This document shows positions 1 through 9,752 of a stretch of 64,000 bases of DNA, piece after piece. Origin of the DNA: an uncultured Alphaproteobacteria bacterium (GTDB lineage Bacteria > Pseudomonadota > Alphaproteobacteria > CACIAM-22H2). A program made the position numbers and the translations under genes. Numbering within the stretch: position 1 is the first letter of the stretch; every line of letters begins with the position of its first letter. The stretch spans positions 704,143 to 768,142 of the forward strand of contig CAVVJD010000022.1 in the NCBI GenBank assembly GCA_963748455.1. The letters run 5' to 3'. The notes under the pieces are model-generated. The model saw nothing but the letters and a program-made list of their open reading frames with translations, was not told where the DNA came from and did not search any database.

Positions 1-675
1 CCGGGCCTCTTTTCCCTCGACAAGCCGATCTGCCCCTACGGAATGCCGCTGGTGCAGAAGCAGGCCGCGAGCGGCGGCGGGGACATAAGGGCCTTCCGCG
101 CACCGCCGCTGGCCGCCGAGTTGGTGCGCCGCTGGTTCACCGAAATCGCCGGCGCCAAGCCCGTCGTCTCGATCACGCTGCGCCAAAGCGACTTCCAGCC
201 GGCGCGCAACAGCGATCCCGCCGCCTGGCGAAGCTTTGCCGAGTTCTGCGTCAATCAGGGCTTCCACCCCGTCTTCATCCCCGACACCGAGGCCATGCTC
301 GCCGGCCAGAAAACCGGCTTCGAGGATTTCACCGTGCTCGAGCTGCCGGCGCTGAGCGTCGGCTATCGCATGGCCGTCTATCAGCAGAGCTTCGTCAACG
401 CGATGGTCAATAACGGCCCTTACGGGCTGTGCGCCTATCACCCCGACGTGCGCTACCTCGTCTTCAAGATGCTCAATCCCACGGTGTCCACCTGCACGGA
501 AGCCTTTCTGTCGGCGCAAGGCATCCACCCCAACCGCCAACTGCCCTTTGCCGGCCCGCACCAGACAATCGTCTGGGACACCGACGCGCCGGACGTCATT
601 ATCAACGCCTTCACCCAGATGGTCACCAACGTCCTCGCCGCGCCGGGCCCGTTGCAGGCGCGGGCGAGCGGCTGA
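1..675 (+). CDS. hypothetical protein, 5' end outside the window
   Basis: Frame 1 is open from nt 1 (PGLFSLDKPICPYGMPLVQK...) to the stop at 673-675. Track ORF 43..675 is therefore only the part after the first ATG. It looks coding (high GC3) but I can name no motif. It lies directly upstream of the radical SAM and SIS genes. Confidence 0.5.
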   Translation, partial: PGLFSLDKPICPYGMPLVQKQAASGGGDIRAFRAPPLAAELVRRWFTEIAGAKPVVSITLRQSDFQPARNSDPAAWRSFAEFCVNQGFHPVFIPDTEAMLAGQKTGFEDFTVLELPALSVGYRMAVYQQSFVNAMVNNGPYGLCAYHPDVRYLVFKMLNPTVSTCTEAFLSAQGIHPNRQLPFAGPHQTIVWDTDAPDVIINAFTQMVTNVLAAPGPLQARASG

Positions 676-694
676 GAACCTCCCTAAGAACGAC

Positions 695-1745
695 ATGCGC
701 GACTGGTCAAAAGCCGAATGGGTCGATCCCGCCTATAACTGGACGCCGCTGCCCGTGCCGGAGATGCCGGAGCGGCTGCTGATGGATTTCGCGACGCGCT
801 GCAACCTGCGCTGCCCGATGTGCCTGGTCTGGGGTGTCGAGACCGACGAATCGATCGAGGCCGTGAAGGGCGTCATGGCGCTCGAGAACGCGCGCAAGAT
901 CCTCACCGAATTCACCGCGGCCAAGCCGATGGTGGCGCCGAGCATCTACGGCGAGCCGCTGCTGATCCCGTATCTGCGCGACATCTTCGCCGACATGAAG
1001 CGCCTGGGCTTCGCCGTCGTCCTCAACACCAACGGGCTGACGCTGACCGATTCGCTCGCTGAGTTTTTCTGCGAGATCAAGCTCGAACTCAATCATGTTC
1101 AGCATCGATTCAACGACGCCCGAGACGCTCAAGAAGGTGCGCGGCGTCGACAAGCTCGACAAGATCGAGGACGCGGTGCGGCGCATGATGAAGATCCGCG
1201 GGTCGCGCGAGCACCCACGCATCGGCGTCTCCTTCACCAAGCAGGAGACCAACAAACACGAGGCGGATGCGTTCGTTGAGCGCTGGGTCGGAATCGTCGA
1301 TGTCGTGCGCATGGGCATCGTGTTCGAAAATGGCACCTTCCCCGACATGGTCGAACCGCCCAAGCGCACGCCCTGCCCGGTCATGTACAAATCCCTGCCG
1401 GTGCACAACGACGGCTCGGCCCGGCTGTGCTGCCTCGACGGCATGCGCGCCACCGACATGGGCAATGTGCTGAAGGACGGCGTCAAGGAAGTGTGGCACG
1501 GCGAGGGCTTCGCCAAGGCGCGCTACCATCACGAGACCGGACAATGGGACAAAGTGCCGTTCTGCAAGGGCTGCAACGGCTGGGCGCAGTATACGTACGA
1601 GGAAGAGATCCGCGACGGGTTGCTGATCCGCCGCTCGCCCGAATACACCTACTACAACAAGATCGCGCGGCTGACGAACTGGCAGGGCAACCTGCTGGGC
1701 GGCCATGCCCCGCCGCCGAAGGAATTGGCGGATATTGAGGGGTAA
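695..1745 (+). CDS. radical SAM / SPASM-domain protein, one frameshift in this assembly
   Basis: ATG at 695. The CNLRCPMC (CX3CX2C) cluster motif is in frame 2 (ORF 548..1279). The C-terminal half, with Cys-rich SPASM-like motifs (CPVMY..CCLD, FCKGCNGW), continues in frame 3 (ORF 1095..1745). The frames join near 1085-1092 (..EIKLE / SIMFSIDSTTPETLKKVRG). Confidence 0.75.
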
Positions 1746-1796
1746 GCGGGGCCCTGATCTCTGGACTTGATGCGCCCCCCGGGCTATGAAGCCCGC

Positions 1797-2447
1797 ATGA
1801 AGAATGCGACCGCGACCGCCCCTGCATCCCAGGACCAAAGTCCTGCGGGCCATGCCGACAATTTCCTGATCCAGGCCGCCGATATCTGTCGGCAGATCGA
1901 TCGCGCGACGATCGAGAAGATGGCCGAAGGCCTTGCCGCCGTACGCGAACGCGGCGGCCGGCTGTTTATCCTGGGCGTGGGCGGCAGTGCCGCCAATTGC
2001 GGCCACGCGGTCAACGATTTTCGCAAGTTGTGCGGGATCGAGGCGTATGCGCCCACCGACAACGTGTCGGAGCTGACGGCGCGCACCAACGACGAAGGCT
2101 GGGAAACCGTCTTCGCCGCCTGGCTGCGCACCAGCAAGGCCAATGACAAGGACGCGATCCTGGTGTTCTCCGTCGGCGGCGGCGATGCCGAACGCAACAT
2201 CAGCGCCAATATCGTGCGCGGCCTCGACGAAGCCAAATCGCGCGGCCTCAAGATCTACGGCGTGGTCGGGCGCAATGGCGGCCACACCAAGAAGGTCGGC
2301 GACCATGTCGTCGTCATTCCGACGGTCGACAACGCGCATATCACGCCGCACACCGAAGCCTTCCAGGCGGTGGTGTGGCACTGCCTCGTCTCGCATCCCA
2401 AGCTGCAGATGCAGGAGACGAAGTGGGAATCGGCGGCCAAGCGCTGA
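1797..2447 (+). CDS. SIS-domain sugar isomerase (phosphoheptose isomerase GmhA-like)
   Basis: ORF 1767..2447. Contains LFILGVGGSAANCGHAVNDFRK and ILVFSVGGG, typical of the SIS / GmhA-like fold. The start is ambiguous between 1767 and 1797. Confidence 0.7.
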   Translation: MKNATATAPASQDQSPAGHADNFLIQAADICRQIDRATIEKMAEGLAAVRERGGRLFILGVGGSAANCGHAVNDFRKLCGIEAYAPTDNVSELTARTNDEGWETVFAAWLRTSKANDKDAILVFSVGGGDAERNISANIVRGLDEAKSRGLKIYGVVGRNGGHTKKVGDHVVVIPTVDNAHITPHTEAFQAVVWHCLVSHPKLQMQETKWESAAKR

Positions 2448-2454
2448 TTTCGCG

Positions 2455-4109
2455 CTAGTCGCGATCGACGCGGCGTAGCGCCCATTTGATCGACGTAGTG
2501 TCGCCGGCGAGCGGTGCGGTCAACACGATCTGCTCGCTGCGCCGCGCTTCGCCGCGCCGTCCGAGATAGATACTCTCCGCCAGCTCTATGACCGCGCCAC
2601 TGGCGCGCAGCCGCCACGCAGCACCGGAGCGCGCGCGCAGCAGTGCCGCACCGCCGCTTTGAATCAGCGAGACCTGCATCTCCGGATGCAGATGGAAGCG
2701 GATCGCGATGCGGCCGCGGTGATCGCCGAAAAAGAATCCTCACCGCGAAAATCATCGCCCGACACGGTCAGATACAAGCGGCGGCGATGGGACAGGCCGA
2801 AGCGGCCGAGATAACCGTCATGCCCGGCGGTGAGCCAGACATCGCCGTCCGCCGCCTCGCGCGTGCATTCGGCGTGCAGCGGCCGCGCCGCAAGGCCGCC
2901 GGCGGCGTCGATCTCGACCGAGTTGGTGTCGTCGACGATCGCGGTCGAATGCGCGGCGCTGGCGCGCTGGGCAAGCCGCCAGCCGGCATCGGCGACCGGA
3001 TGGGCGCCGCAATTGACGATGATGCGCTCGCGCGCCTGACTCATCTCGAAGCTGAGGGCACCGGCATGGGCACTGCCATCGAAGCCCGGCGGCGGCGGGG
3101 CGCCGGCATCCATGATGACGCTCGTGGCCCCCGCATCGATGCGCTGGAATCCCATCGCGGCATTCGGGCGGGGCGTGTGCGGCGGCAACCCGGCGCGTTG
3201 GATCACCGCATCGAGCCGCGCGGGCGACCCTTCGCCGGCCCCATTGAACAGGGCCAACCCGCCATCGCCATGGCGCAGCATCTGCAGAACCGGGGTCAAG
3301 CCGGCGATTGCATCCTCCAGGATCACGCCGGGTGCGCGGCCGGCGATCGTCAGCATGTCGCGGATATCGATCAGGATGGCCAGGAGGGACGCAAGCGCGG
3401 CGGGCGAGCGCTCGATATGCCCGCCATCCTGCAGCATCTGGAGGTCGAGTTCGGAATCGAGCGCGTGCAGCGCCTCGTGCAGGTGGCGCCCGTCGGCAGC
3501 GCCGCACAGGATGCCGTAGATCAAGGCGCGAATGGGCAGGAAGCGCTCGGCCCCTTGCGGCCCGCGGCCGAGAACGCGGACCAGATGGCCGAGCTGGCGC
3601 GCGAGCGAGGCCAGGATGCGCGGACCCAGCCCGTCGGCATCGCCGCGCGCCACGAAGCGCGCATGCGCGAGCCAAGCGGCGATGCGCCGCCCGAGCACGG
3701 CGGGCGACCAGGCGATGCGGTGCCAGCGGTCGGCATGGTCGAGCCAATCGGCGATCAGGTCGCGGGCGCGCCGGCGGGCGGCCTCGCCATCGGTCGCGGC
3801 CAGATCGTCGAGCCAGGCGAAACCGTGCAGCTCCGCCAGCGCGGCCTCGTCCAGGTCGGCGGCAAACCAGTCCGGCCGTTCGCCGTGCAGCGTATGGCCG
3901 GCGCACACGAATGTGCCTGAGAGGATGGCGCTGCCGCGCGCCAGATCGCCGGGCCAGGCGTCCGGCGGCAGGCGCTCGAGGCGCTCGGGTGCGCGCGCCG
4001 CGAGCGTGAAACGATAAAGCGGATTGGCGAAATAAAGCTCGGTGAGCGCGGCGCGCCAATCCGGCGCCCGGCGGGCCGGCCCCGTCCCCGACGCGGCGAC
4101 CCGCGCCAT
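2455..4109 (-). CDS. heparinase II/III-like family protein, one frameshift
   Basis: The body comes from ORF 2664..4895, starting at internal Met 263 (MARVAASGTG.., ATG at 4109, 6 nt after the rpe stop). The C-terminus continues in ORF 2455..2679 (..FHLHPEMQVSLIQSGGAALLRARSG..). The frames join at an A5 run near 2731-2735, which looks like one missing base. Confidence 0.7.
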
Positions 4110-4114
4110 GCGGG

Positions 4115-4777
4115 CTAGCCGCTTCTGAGGCGGCGGATGTTGTCGGTGTAGGCGGCGGGACCGCCGGTGAAACTGGCCGTCCCCGCCACCAGCACGTCCG
4201 CGCCCGCCGCAACGGCCTGCTTGGCCGTATCGACGTTGATGCCGCCATCCACTTCGAGGTCGATGGCCCGGCCGCTGGCGTCGATACGCTGGCGCAGGGC
4301 CTTGATCTTGGCGAGCTGGCTGGCAATGAAGCTTTGCCCGCCGAAGCCCGGATTGACCGACATCACCAGGATCAGGTCGACATCGCCGATGATCGGGTCG
4401 ACCGCCTCCACCGGGGTGCCGGGGTTGAGCGAGACCCCGGCCTTGCGGCCGGTCGCCTTGATGAGCTGGAGCGTGCGATGCAGATGCGGGCCCGCCTCCG
4501 GATGGACCGTGATGATGTCCGCCCCGGCTTCCGCGAAATCGCGCACAAAGGGGTCGACGGGCGAGATCATCAGATGCACGTCGAAGGGCAGGCGCGAATG
4601 CGGGCGCAGCGCTTTCACGACGGCGGGGCCGATCGTCAGGTTCGGGACGAAATGCCCGTCCATCACGTCGATATGCAGATAATCGGCGCCCGACGCGGTC
4701 ATCGCCCGGATCTCCTCGCCGAGCCGGGCAAAATCCGCCGAAAGAATCGAAGGCGCGATTCGGACCGGCTGTTGCAT
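4115..4777 (-). CDS. rpe: ribulose-phosphate 3-epimerase
   Basis: Intact 220 aa ORF with MQQPVRIAPSILSADFARLGEEI..HIDVMDGHFVPNLT..MSVNPGFGGQ, the classic Rpe sequence. Confidence 0.95.
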   Translation of the reverse strand: MQQPVRIAPSILSADFARLGEEIRAMTASGADYLHIDVMDGHFVPNLTIGPAVVKALRPHSRLPFDVHLMISPVDPFVRDFAEAGADIITVHPEAGPHLHRTLQLIKATGRKAGVSLNPGTPVEAVDPIIGDVDLILVMSVNPGFGGQSFIASQLAKIKALRQRIDASGRAIDLEVDGGINVDTAKQAVAAGADVLVAGTASFTGGPAAYTDNIRRLRSG

Positions 4778-5047
4778 AGCATCGGTTCGTAACAGGTCGG
4801 GGACCCCCCATCAAGGGCGAGGGTACCCGAAGCGGGTCCGGCAGTTCTTGCCCGTGTGATTGCGGCAACACTTGCCCCCGGCCCGCCCCAAGCAAACCAT
4901 CTTTTGGCCGTCCCTCCTGTATTTACAGGGGGTTAGGTCCAGGACGCGGGCTGGCATGGGGCTTGCGATGAAGAGGGGGCCAGGCCTGGGTCTGGCGGGC
5001 CTTCCGTGCCACAGGCAAGGGCGGCCGTTCCCGCGTAAGGATGTGTC

Positions 5048-5828
5048 ATGGCCACTGTGAGCCCGTTGTCTTCCGCCGCCACCTCGACCTCGGCCGCCGA
5101 TAATTCCGGCACCAAGCTGGCGGGCGATTTCGACCAGTTCTTGAAGCTGCTGACCACGCAGCTGCAGTACCAGGATCCGACCTCGCCGATGGACACGACG
5201 GAATTCACCAACCAACTCGTCCAGTTCGCCAACGTCGAACAGCAGATCGCGCAGAGCAAGTCGCTTGAGTCGCTGATCACGATCCAGAGAATCCTGGCAG
5301 ACCGCCAACGCCATCAACTATATCGGCAAGGAAGTCGATATCTCCGGCAAGAACGTGCTGCTGGCCGACGGCCAGGGCGTCATCGGCTACACGCTGCCCG
5401 CAAACACCGAATCGACGAGCGTCGTCATCAAGGATTCGAGCGGCAAGGCGATCCGCACGGTCGCCGGCGAGAAGACGACCGGCACGCATGCCTATATCTG
5501 GGACGGCCGCACCGATGGCGGCGTCAAGATGGCCGACGGCACCTACACATTCGAAGTCACGGCAAAGGACGCGGCCGGCAAGGCGGTCACGGTATCGACG
5601 CAGTTCGCCGGCACGGTCACCGGCGTCACCAACAGCGGCGGCACGGTCGTGCTCAATGTCGGCGTGCTGAAAGTGCCGCTGTCCGATGTCACGGGCGTGC
5701 GCACACCCAAGGCGAGCGACACCGACACGGATACGATACGACGACGTAAGCGCCGGCGCGACAAGCGCCGCGCGCGTCAGCATTTCAAATACTGTCAGAA
5801 CAGCGAAACTTGTCACAAGCGGACTTGA
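5048..5828 (+). CDS. flgD: flagellar hook capping/assembly protein FlgD, frameshifted, 3' end uncertain
   Basis: The N-terminus DFDQFLKLLTTQLQYQDPTSPMDTTEFTNQLVQFANVEQ (ORF 5048..) is the FlgD signature. The Ig-like C-terminal part (GTHAYIWDGRTDGG..GTYTFEVTAKD) is in ORF 5355..5828. The frames join near 5290. The last ~25 codons read into repeat copy 5810..5886, so the true stop may be earlier. Confidence 0.75.
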
Positions 5829-5886
5829 TCCGCGGGCGTGACAGCGGCGCACTCTCGGATGCGCGGGTCAAGCCCGCGCATGACAG
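5810..5886 (+). repeat. family-1 dual-hairpin repeat element (copy C)
   Basis: ttgtcacaagcggacttgatccgcgggcgtgac..tcggatgcgcgggtcaagcccgcgcatgacag aligns base-for-base in length (77 nt) with copies at 30251..30327 and 43237..43313. It lies in the convergent gap between flgD and a methyltransferase gene. Confidence 0.7.
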
Positions 5887-5935
5887 ATCTACAATTATTT
5901 CAGGTTGATCGTGAATGCGCGGCACGCGGCCGCGG

Positions 5936-6523
5936 TCACTCGCTGCGGGTGAGCGCGAACAGGATGTGTTCGTAATCGGCGCCGCGATCGAGCAGCTCGG
6001 CATCGCTGACATGCCACGGTGAACGGTCGATGATGTCGCAGAACGCCGGACGATCGAGCGGCGTGCCACGCGGCGCGGCGCGGCTCGGTTTGGCGCCGGC
6101 ACTCAGGCGATAAGTGACCAGGGCGGAGGGAGCCGCCTGGGCGGCGCGACGCAGCACCCATGCCAGGTCGCTGACATGTTCGAGAATTCCGAGCAGGCTC
6201 ACCCAATCGAAATCACCGTCGGGGAAGCGCTTCTTGTCGAGGCGCGCTACAACCGTATCGAGCGTGCCGTCGTCGAAATCCGCGGTCAGGTAGTTGCAGG
6301 AGCGCATCAGGAACGGCCGCAGGCTGGCCGGACCGCTGCCCAGGTCGAGGATGCGGCTGCCGTCGGCGACGCGGCGGGCGGCGGCGGCGGCGTACTCGTC
6401 CCACTCGCTGGCGACATGGCCGGCGTCGCCCCAATTGCCGAGGAACGCCTCCGGCGAAGCAACGACGACACGCGGTGCGGGCGGGCGCGCAACTCGCGAA
6501 CGCTGCAGCTGGACCGGTTTCAT
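5936..6523 (-). CDS. class I SAM-dependent methyltransferase (putative)
   Basis: ORF 5936..6559. ILDLGSGPASLRP is a SAM-binding motif I. The start is taken at MKPVQL (6523). Confidence 0.6.
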   Translation of the reverse strand: MKPVQLQRSRVARPPAPRVVVASPEAFLGNWGDAGHVASEWDEYAAAAARRVADGSRILDLGSGPASLRPFLMRSCNYLTADFDDGTLDTVVARLDKKRFPDGDFDWVSLLGILEHVSDLAWVLRRAAQAAPSALVTYRLSAGAKPSRAAPRGTPLDRPAFCDIIDRSPWHVSDAELLDRGADYEHILFALTRSE

Positions 6524-6739
6524 CGACACGGATTTCGTCCTCGGGTTCGAGCTTTCCAAACGCGGCCTACGCTACAAGCCCAAAGGAAAAGGTTCGGTTA
6601 ATGCGCATTCGGCCGTGAGAATCTCGTGTCAACGACCGAAAACCTCGCAGAACCAAAGGGAAACGGGCAAAACTTCACTACCCTTCGAAAGATGCGCCGG
6701 TATAATCGCCGGACCGAATTCGGGGGTAGAACACCACCC

Positions 6740-9034
6740 ATGTCCCGGAGAAGCCGGCGAGCGCGCGGCAATTCGGCTGTCTATCGGCCTTTGTTAACCA
6801 TGCCGGCGCGCGGTAGCGCACTGGTGTGGCGCAAAGCCGCGCGCGCGACGCTCGCGACCCTGGTGGCCGCGTGCTTGTCGACGACGGCGCTCACCGCCAG
6901 CGCACAAATGCCGGGCGGCATGCAGAGCGAATTGCCGGCGCTGTTCAGCGCTGACGAGGTGACGTACGACGAAGAACTCGACATCGCCACCGCGACCGGC
7001 AATGTCGAGATCGCGCAGGGCGACCGCGTGCTGAAAGCCGACACGGTGTCGTTCAACCGGCGCACCAACACGGTGACGGCAACCGGCAATGTGAGTTTGC
7101 TGGAACCGAGCGGCGACGTGGTGTTCGCGGATTTCGTCGAGCTCAATGAGAACATGCGCGACGGTGTCGCGCAGAATATCCGGCTGCTGCTGGCCGACCA
7201 GTCGCGCCTCGCCGCCGTCAGCGGACGACGCGTCGACGGCAATGTGACGGTGGCGCGTAACGGCGTCTACAGCCCCTGCGAGCTGTGCCGCAAGGATCCG
7301 ACGCGCGCACCCCTGTGGCAAATCAAGGCGGCGCGCATCACGCACGACCAGACCGAGCGTCAGGTCACGTATCGCGATGCGTGGATGGAGATGGCCGGTA
7401 TCCCGGTCATTTACACGCCCTATATGTCGCATCCCGACGCGACGGTGAAGCGGCGCAGCGGCTTCCTGGCACCAAGCCTCACCAGCTCGAGCAACAACGG
7501 CCTCGGCACGATCATCTCCGTTCCCTACTACGCCGTGCTCGGACAGAGCACCGACATGACGATCGAGCCGATGTGGGTGAGCCAGAACAATCCGGTTCTG
7601 GGCGGCGAATACCGGCAGCGCTTCGCGGCCGGCGAAATGACGCTCAATGCGACCGCCACCAACGCCGAGCGGCGCGACGACAACAACCAACCGCTGCCAG
7701 GCGAGCAGTTCCGCGGCCATATCAAGGGCGACGGCAAGTTCGACATCAACGACGATTGGCGCTGGGGCTTCAATGTCGCGCGTGCCACCGACGACACGTA
7801 TCTCCAGCGCTACAAGCTGCTGACCCGCTACCAGTTCCCCAGCTCGACGACGCTGACCTCGCGCGCCTACTCCGAAGGCTTCTTCGGTCGCAGCTACGCC
7901 GCAGCAAACGCCTATGCCTTCCAAGGTTTGCGGCCGCAGGACGATTTTGATCTGTCGCCGTACGTCTTCCCGATGGCCGACTATAACTATGTGGGCACCC
8001 CAAGCGATTATGGCGGGCGGTTCTCCTTCGATGCCAACACGTGGTCGATCTACCGCACCGAAGGAACGCGCGACCAACGCGTCTATTCGCGCGCGGGCTG
8101 GTCGCTGCCGTATACCGCCAGCACGGGCGAGATCTACACGCTGAGCGCCAACGTGCAGGGCTATCTCTACAACGTCAGCGATATCGGACCCGAAATCGAA
8201 TCCAACCGTCCAACCGAAGATGGGTTCCAGGCCCGCGCCTTCCCGCAAGCGAGCCTCGAATGGCGCTACCCGTTCGTCAATCGCAGTGAAAATTTCCGCA
8301 CCATCGTCGAGCCGGTCGTCTCGTTCATCGCGGCCCCCAATGTCGGAACGCAGAGCCGGTTTCCCAACGAAGACAGCCGCAGCGTCGATTTCGACGATAC
8401 CAGCCTGTTCCGGCTCAACCGCTTCTCCGGCGTCGACCGGCTGGAAGGCGGACAACGCGTGGTCTACGGTTTCAACACCAGTGTCAGCCGGGTCACCGGT
8501 GGGCGCGCCTCGGCGTTCCTGGGCCAAAGCTATAGCCTCAACGACAATTCAGCCTTTCCGTCGGGCTCTGGCCTCGACGACCAGCGCTCCAACATCGTCG
8601 GCCGCCTGACCTTCTCGCCACACCCGTGGCTGTTCTCCGCCTACCGCTTTCAGCTCGACCACGACAATTTCGAAGCGCGCCGCAGCTTCGCCGATCTCGT
8701 CATCGGTCCGCCGTCGTTCAACATCGCGACGTCCTACATCTTCATCGATCAGTCGTCGCAATCGACGCTGACGACCGACCTCGAGCAACTGCAGAACTCC
8801 ATCAATCTGCGGCTGACGGAGCGCTGGCTGCTGCAGGCACGCTCGGTGCGCGATGTCGGCGAGAACCCGGGCCAGCTGCTCACGGGCGCCACGCTTTTCT
8901 ACGAGGATGAATGCTTCCTGCTGGGGCTCGACTGGACGCAGCGCCAGGTCGGCAACCGCGACAACCCGCCCGACACGGCGTTCATCATCCGGGTAATTTT
9001 CCGCAACCTGGGCGAGGTCAAGGCGAAGGGCTGA
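6740..9034 (+). CDS. lptD: LPS-assembly outer membrane protein LptD (OstA family)
   Basis: Intact ORF 6626..9034. It has a signal-like ..ATLVAACLSTTALTASAQ, an OstA N-terminal pattern (ADEVTYDEELDIATATGNVEIAQGDRVLKADTVSFNRRTNTVTATGNV) and a long beta-barrel-type C-terminus. Start candidates are 6740 and 6800. Confidence 0.9.
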   Translation: MSRRSRRARGNSAVYRPLLTMPARGSALVWRKAARATLATLVAACLSTTALTASAQMPGGMQSELPALFSADEVTYDEELDIATATGNVEIAQGDRVLKADTVSFNRRTNTVTATGNVSLLEPSGDVVFADFVELNENMRDGVAQNIRLLLADQSRLAAVSGRRVDGNVTVARNGVYSPCELCRKDPTRAPLWQIKAARITHDQTERQVTYRDAWMEMAGIPVIYTPYMSHPDATVKRRSGFLAPSLTSSSNNGLGTIISVPYYAVLGQSTDMTIEPMWVSQNNPVLGGEYRQRFAAGEMTLNATATNAERRDDNNQPLPGEQFRGHIKGDGKFDINDDWRWGFNVARATDDTYLQRYKLLTRYQFPSSTTLTSRAYSEGFFGRSYAAANAYAFQGLRPQDDFDLSPYVFPMADYNYVGTPSDYGGRFSFDANTWSIYRTEGTRDQRVYSRAGWSLPYTASTGEIYTLSANVQGYLYNVSDIGPEIESNRPTEDGFQARAFPQASLEWRYPFVNRSENFRTIVEPVVSFIAAPNVGTQSRFPNEDSRSVDFDDTSLFRLNRFSGVDRLEGGQRVVYGFNTSVSRVTGGRASAFLGQSYSLNDNSAFPSGSGLDDQRSNIVGRLTFSPHPWLFSAYRFQLDHDNFEARRSFADLVIGPPSFNIATSYIFIDQSSQSTLTTDLEQLQNSINLRLTERWLLQARSVRDVGENPGQLLTGATLFYEDECFLLGLDWTQRQVGNRDNPPDTAFIIRVIFRNLGEVKAKG

Positions 9035-9050
9035 GCCCTTCCGCCGGCGC

Positions 9051-9572
9051 TACTGCGTGGCGCGACGGTTGTTGAAATAGAGCGCCAGCTGCTCGCGGAT
9101 ATCGGCGCTGATCTGCTGCATGAGACGATCGCGCGCGCTGGCCTGGTTCGACACCGTCGCGAAGTCGGAATCGGAAATCTCGAAGCTGGTCCCCGACGCA
9201 GTCGAGCCGCTGGTGATCGCAACGCCGCGGGAATCGCGCAGGCTGATACTGCGCCGAAACGCCGTAGGCGTAGCGCGTCACCGTGTCATCGCGCTGCAGG
9301 CCGACCTCCGTACGCGGCTCGAAGATGCGCACGCTCAGGATATAGGTCGCCTGGGCCGGCGTGCCGCGCGGATTGAGATCGTCGAGCAGGTAATTGCGCA
9401 GGATCTGGCCCGACCGATCGGCGATGAGCTCGATGCGCACCGCGGCCAGATCGTCGACCACCGAGCCGTTGTCCTTGCGGCCATAAAGCGGCTCGAAGCC
9501 ACAAGCGGCGGTCCCGGCCAGAGCGGCCAGAACGGCAATCCAACGAATAGCGGCGCGCCCGGAAATCCTCAT
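9051..9572 (-). CDS. lptE: LPS-assembly lipoprotein LptE-like, one frameshift
   Basis: MRISGRAAIRWIAVLAALAGTAACGFEPLYG has a lipobox followed by CGF.PLY, typical of LptE. ORF 9018..9590 is good up to ..YGVSAQYQ. Removing one extra C near 9241 gives ..LRDSRGVAITSGSTASGTSFEISDSDFATVSNQASARDRLMQQISADIREQLALYFNNRRATQ, with the stop at 9051-9053. Confidence 0.62.
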
Positions 9573-9752
9573 GTGCCTCGGCACCCCCACCGGCAGAATC
9601 GCCCCGGCAAAACCTGCCGCCGGCGCCCGGCGATCCGGGAAGCGGCCATCGTCTGCCGTCGATCGCCCTCTCTTAACACATTGGCGGCGCGTGTAAAATA
9701 GCGATCACGCCGGGACGGTCGTGTGGCCCGCTTCTTGCGACTTCAGTTTTCC

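Noticed and set aside
1110-2396. A 428-aa ORF antisense to the radical SAM and SIS genes. Similar long ORFs occur elsewhere, for example 2643..3920 +, 2818..4326 -, 6794..8527 -, 9705..10841 -, 18259..19797 +, 23500..24513 +, 28132..30066 -, 38733..39812 + and 62472..63680 -.
   Set aside because: They lie opposite, or out of frame to, genes with clear family signatures. They are Arg/Ala/Gly/Pro-rich low-complexity translations typical of stop-poor high-GC DNA, and they carry no recognisable motifs.
4860-4885. A sigma-54-like promoter (GGCAAC..TTGCC) upstream of flgD.
   Set aside because: The GG and GC elements are separated by 8 nt rather than the required 10. The flanking bases do not fit TGGCAC-N5-TTGC.
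2664-4895. A 743-aa ORF suggesting a very long heparinase-like protein that overlaps rpe.
   Set aside because: The first 262 codons overlap the bona fide rpe gene in another frame and are Arg/Gly/Pro junk. The real start is the ATG at 4109, 6 nt downstream of the rpe stop.
6701-6706. A perfect TATAAT hexamer upstream of lptD as a promoter -10.
   Set aside because: No acceptable -35 lies at 16-19 nt and there is no TGn extension. A single hexamer is insufficient, so it is left unannotated.
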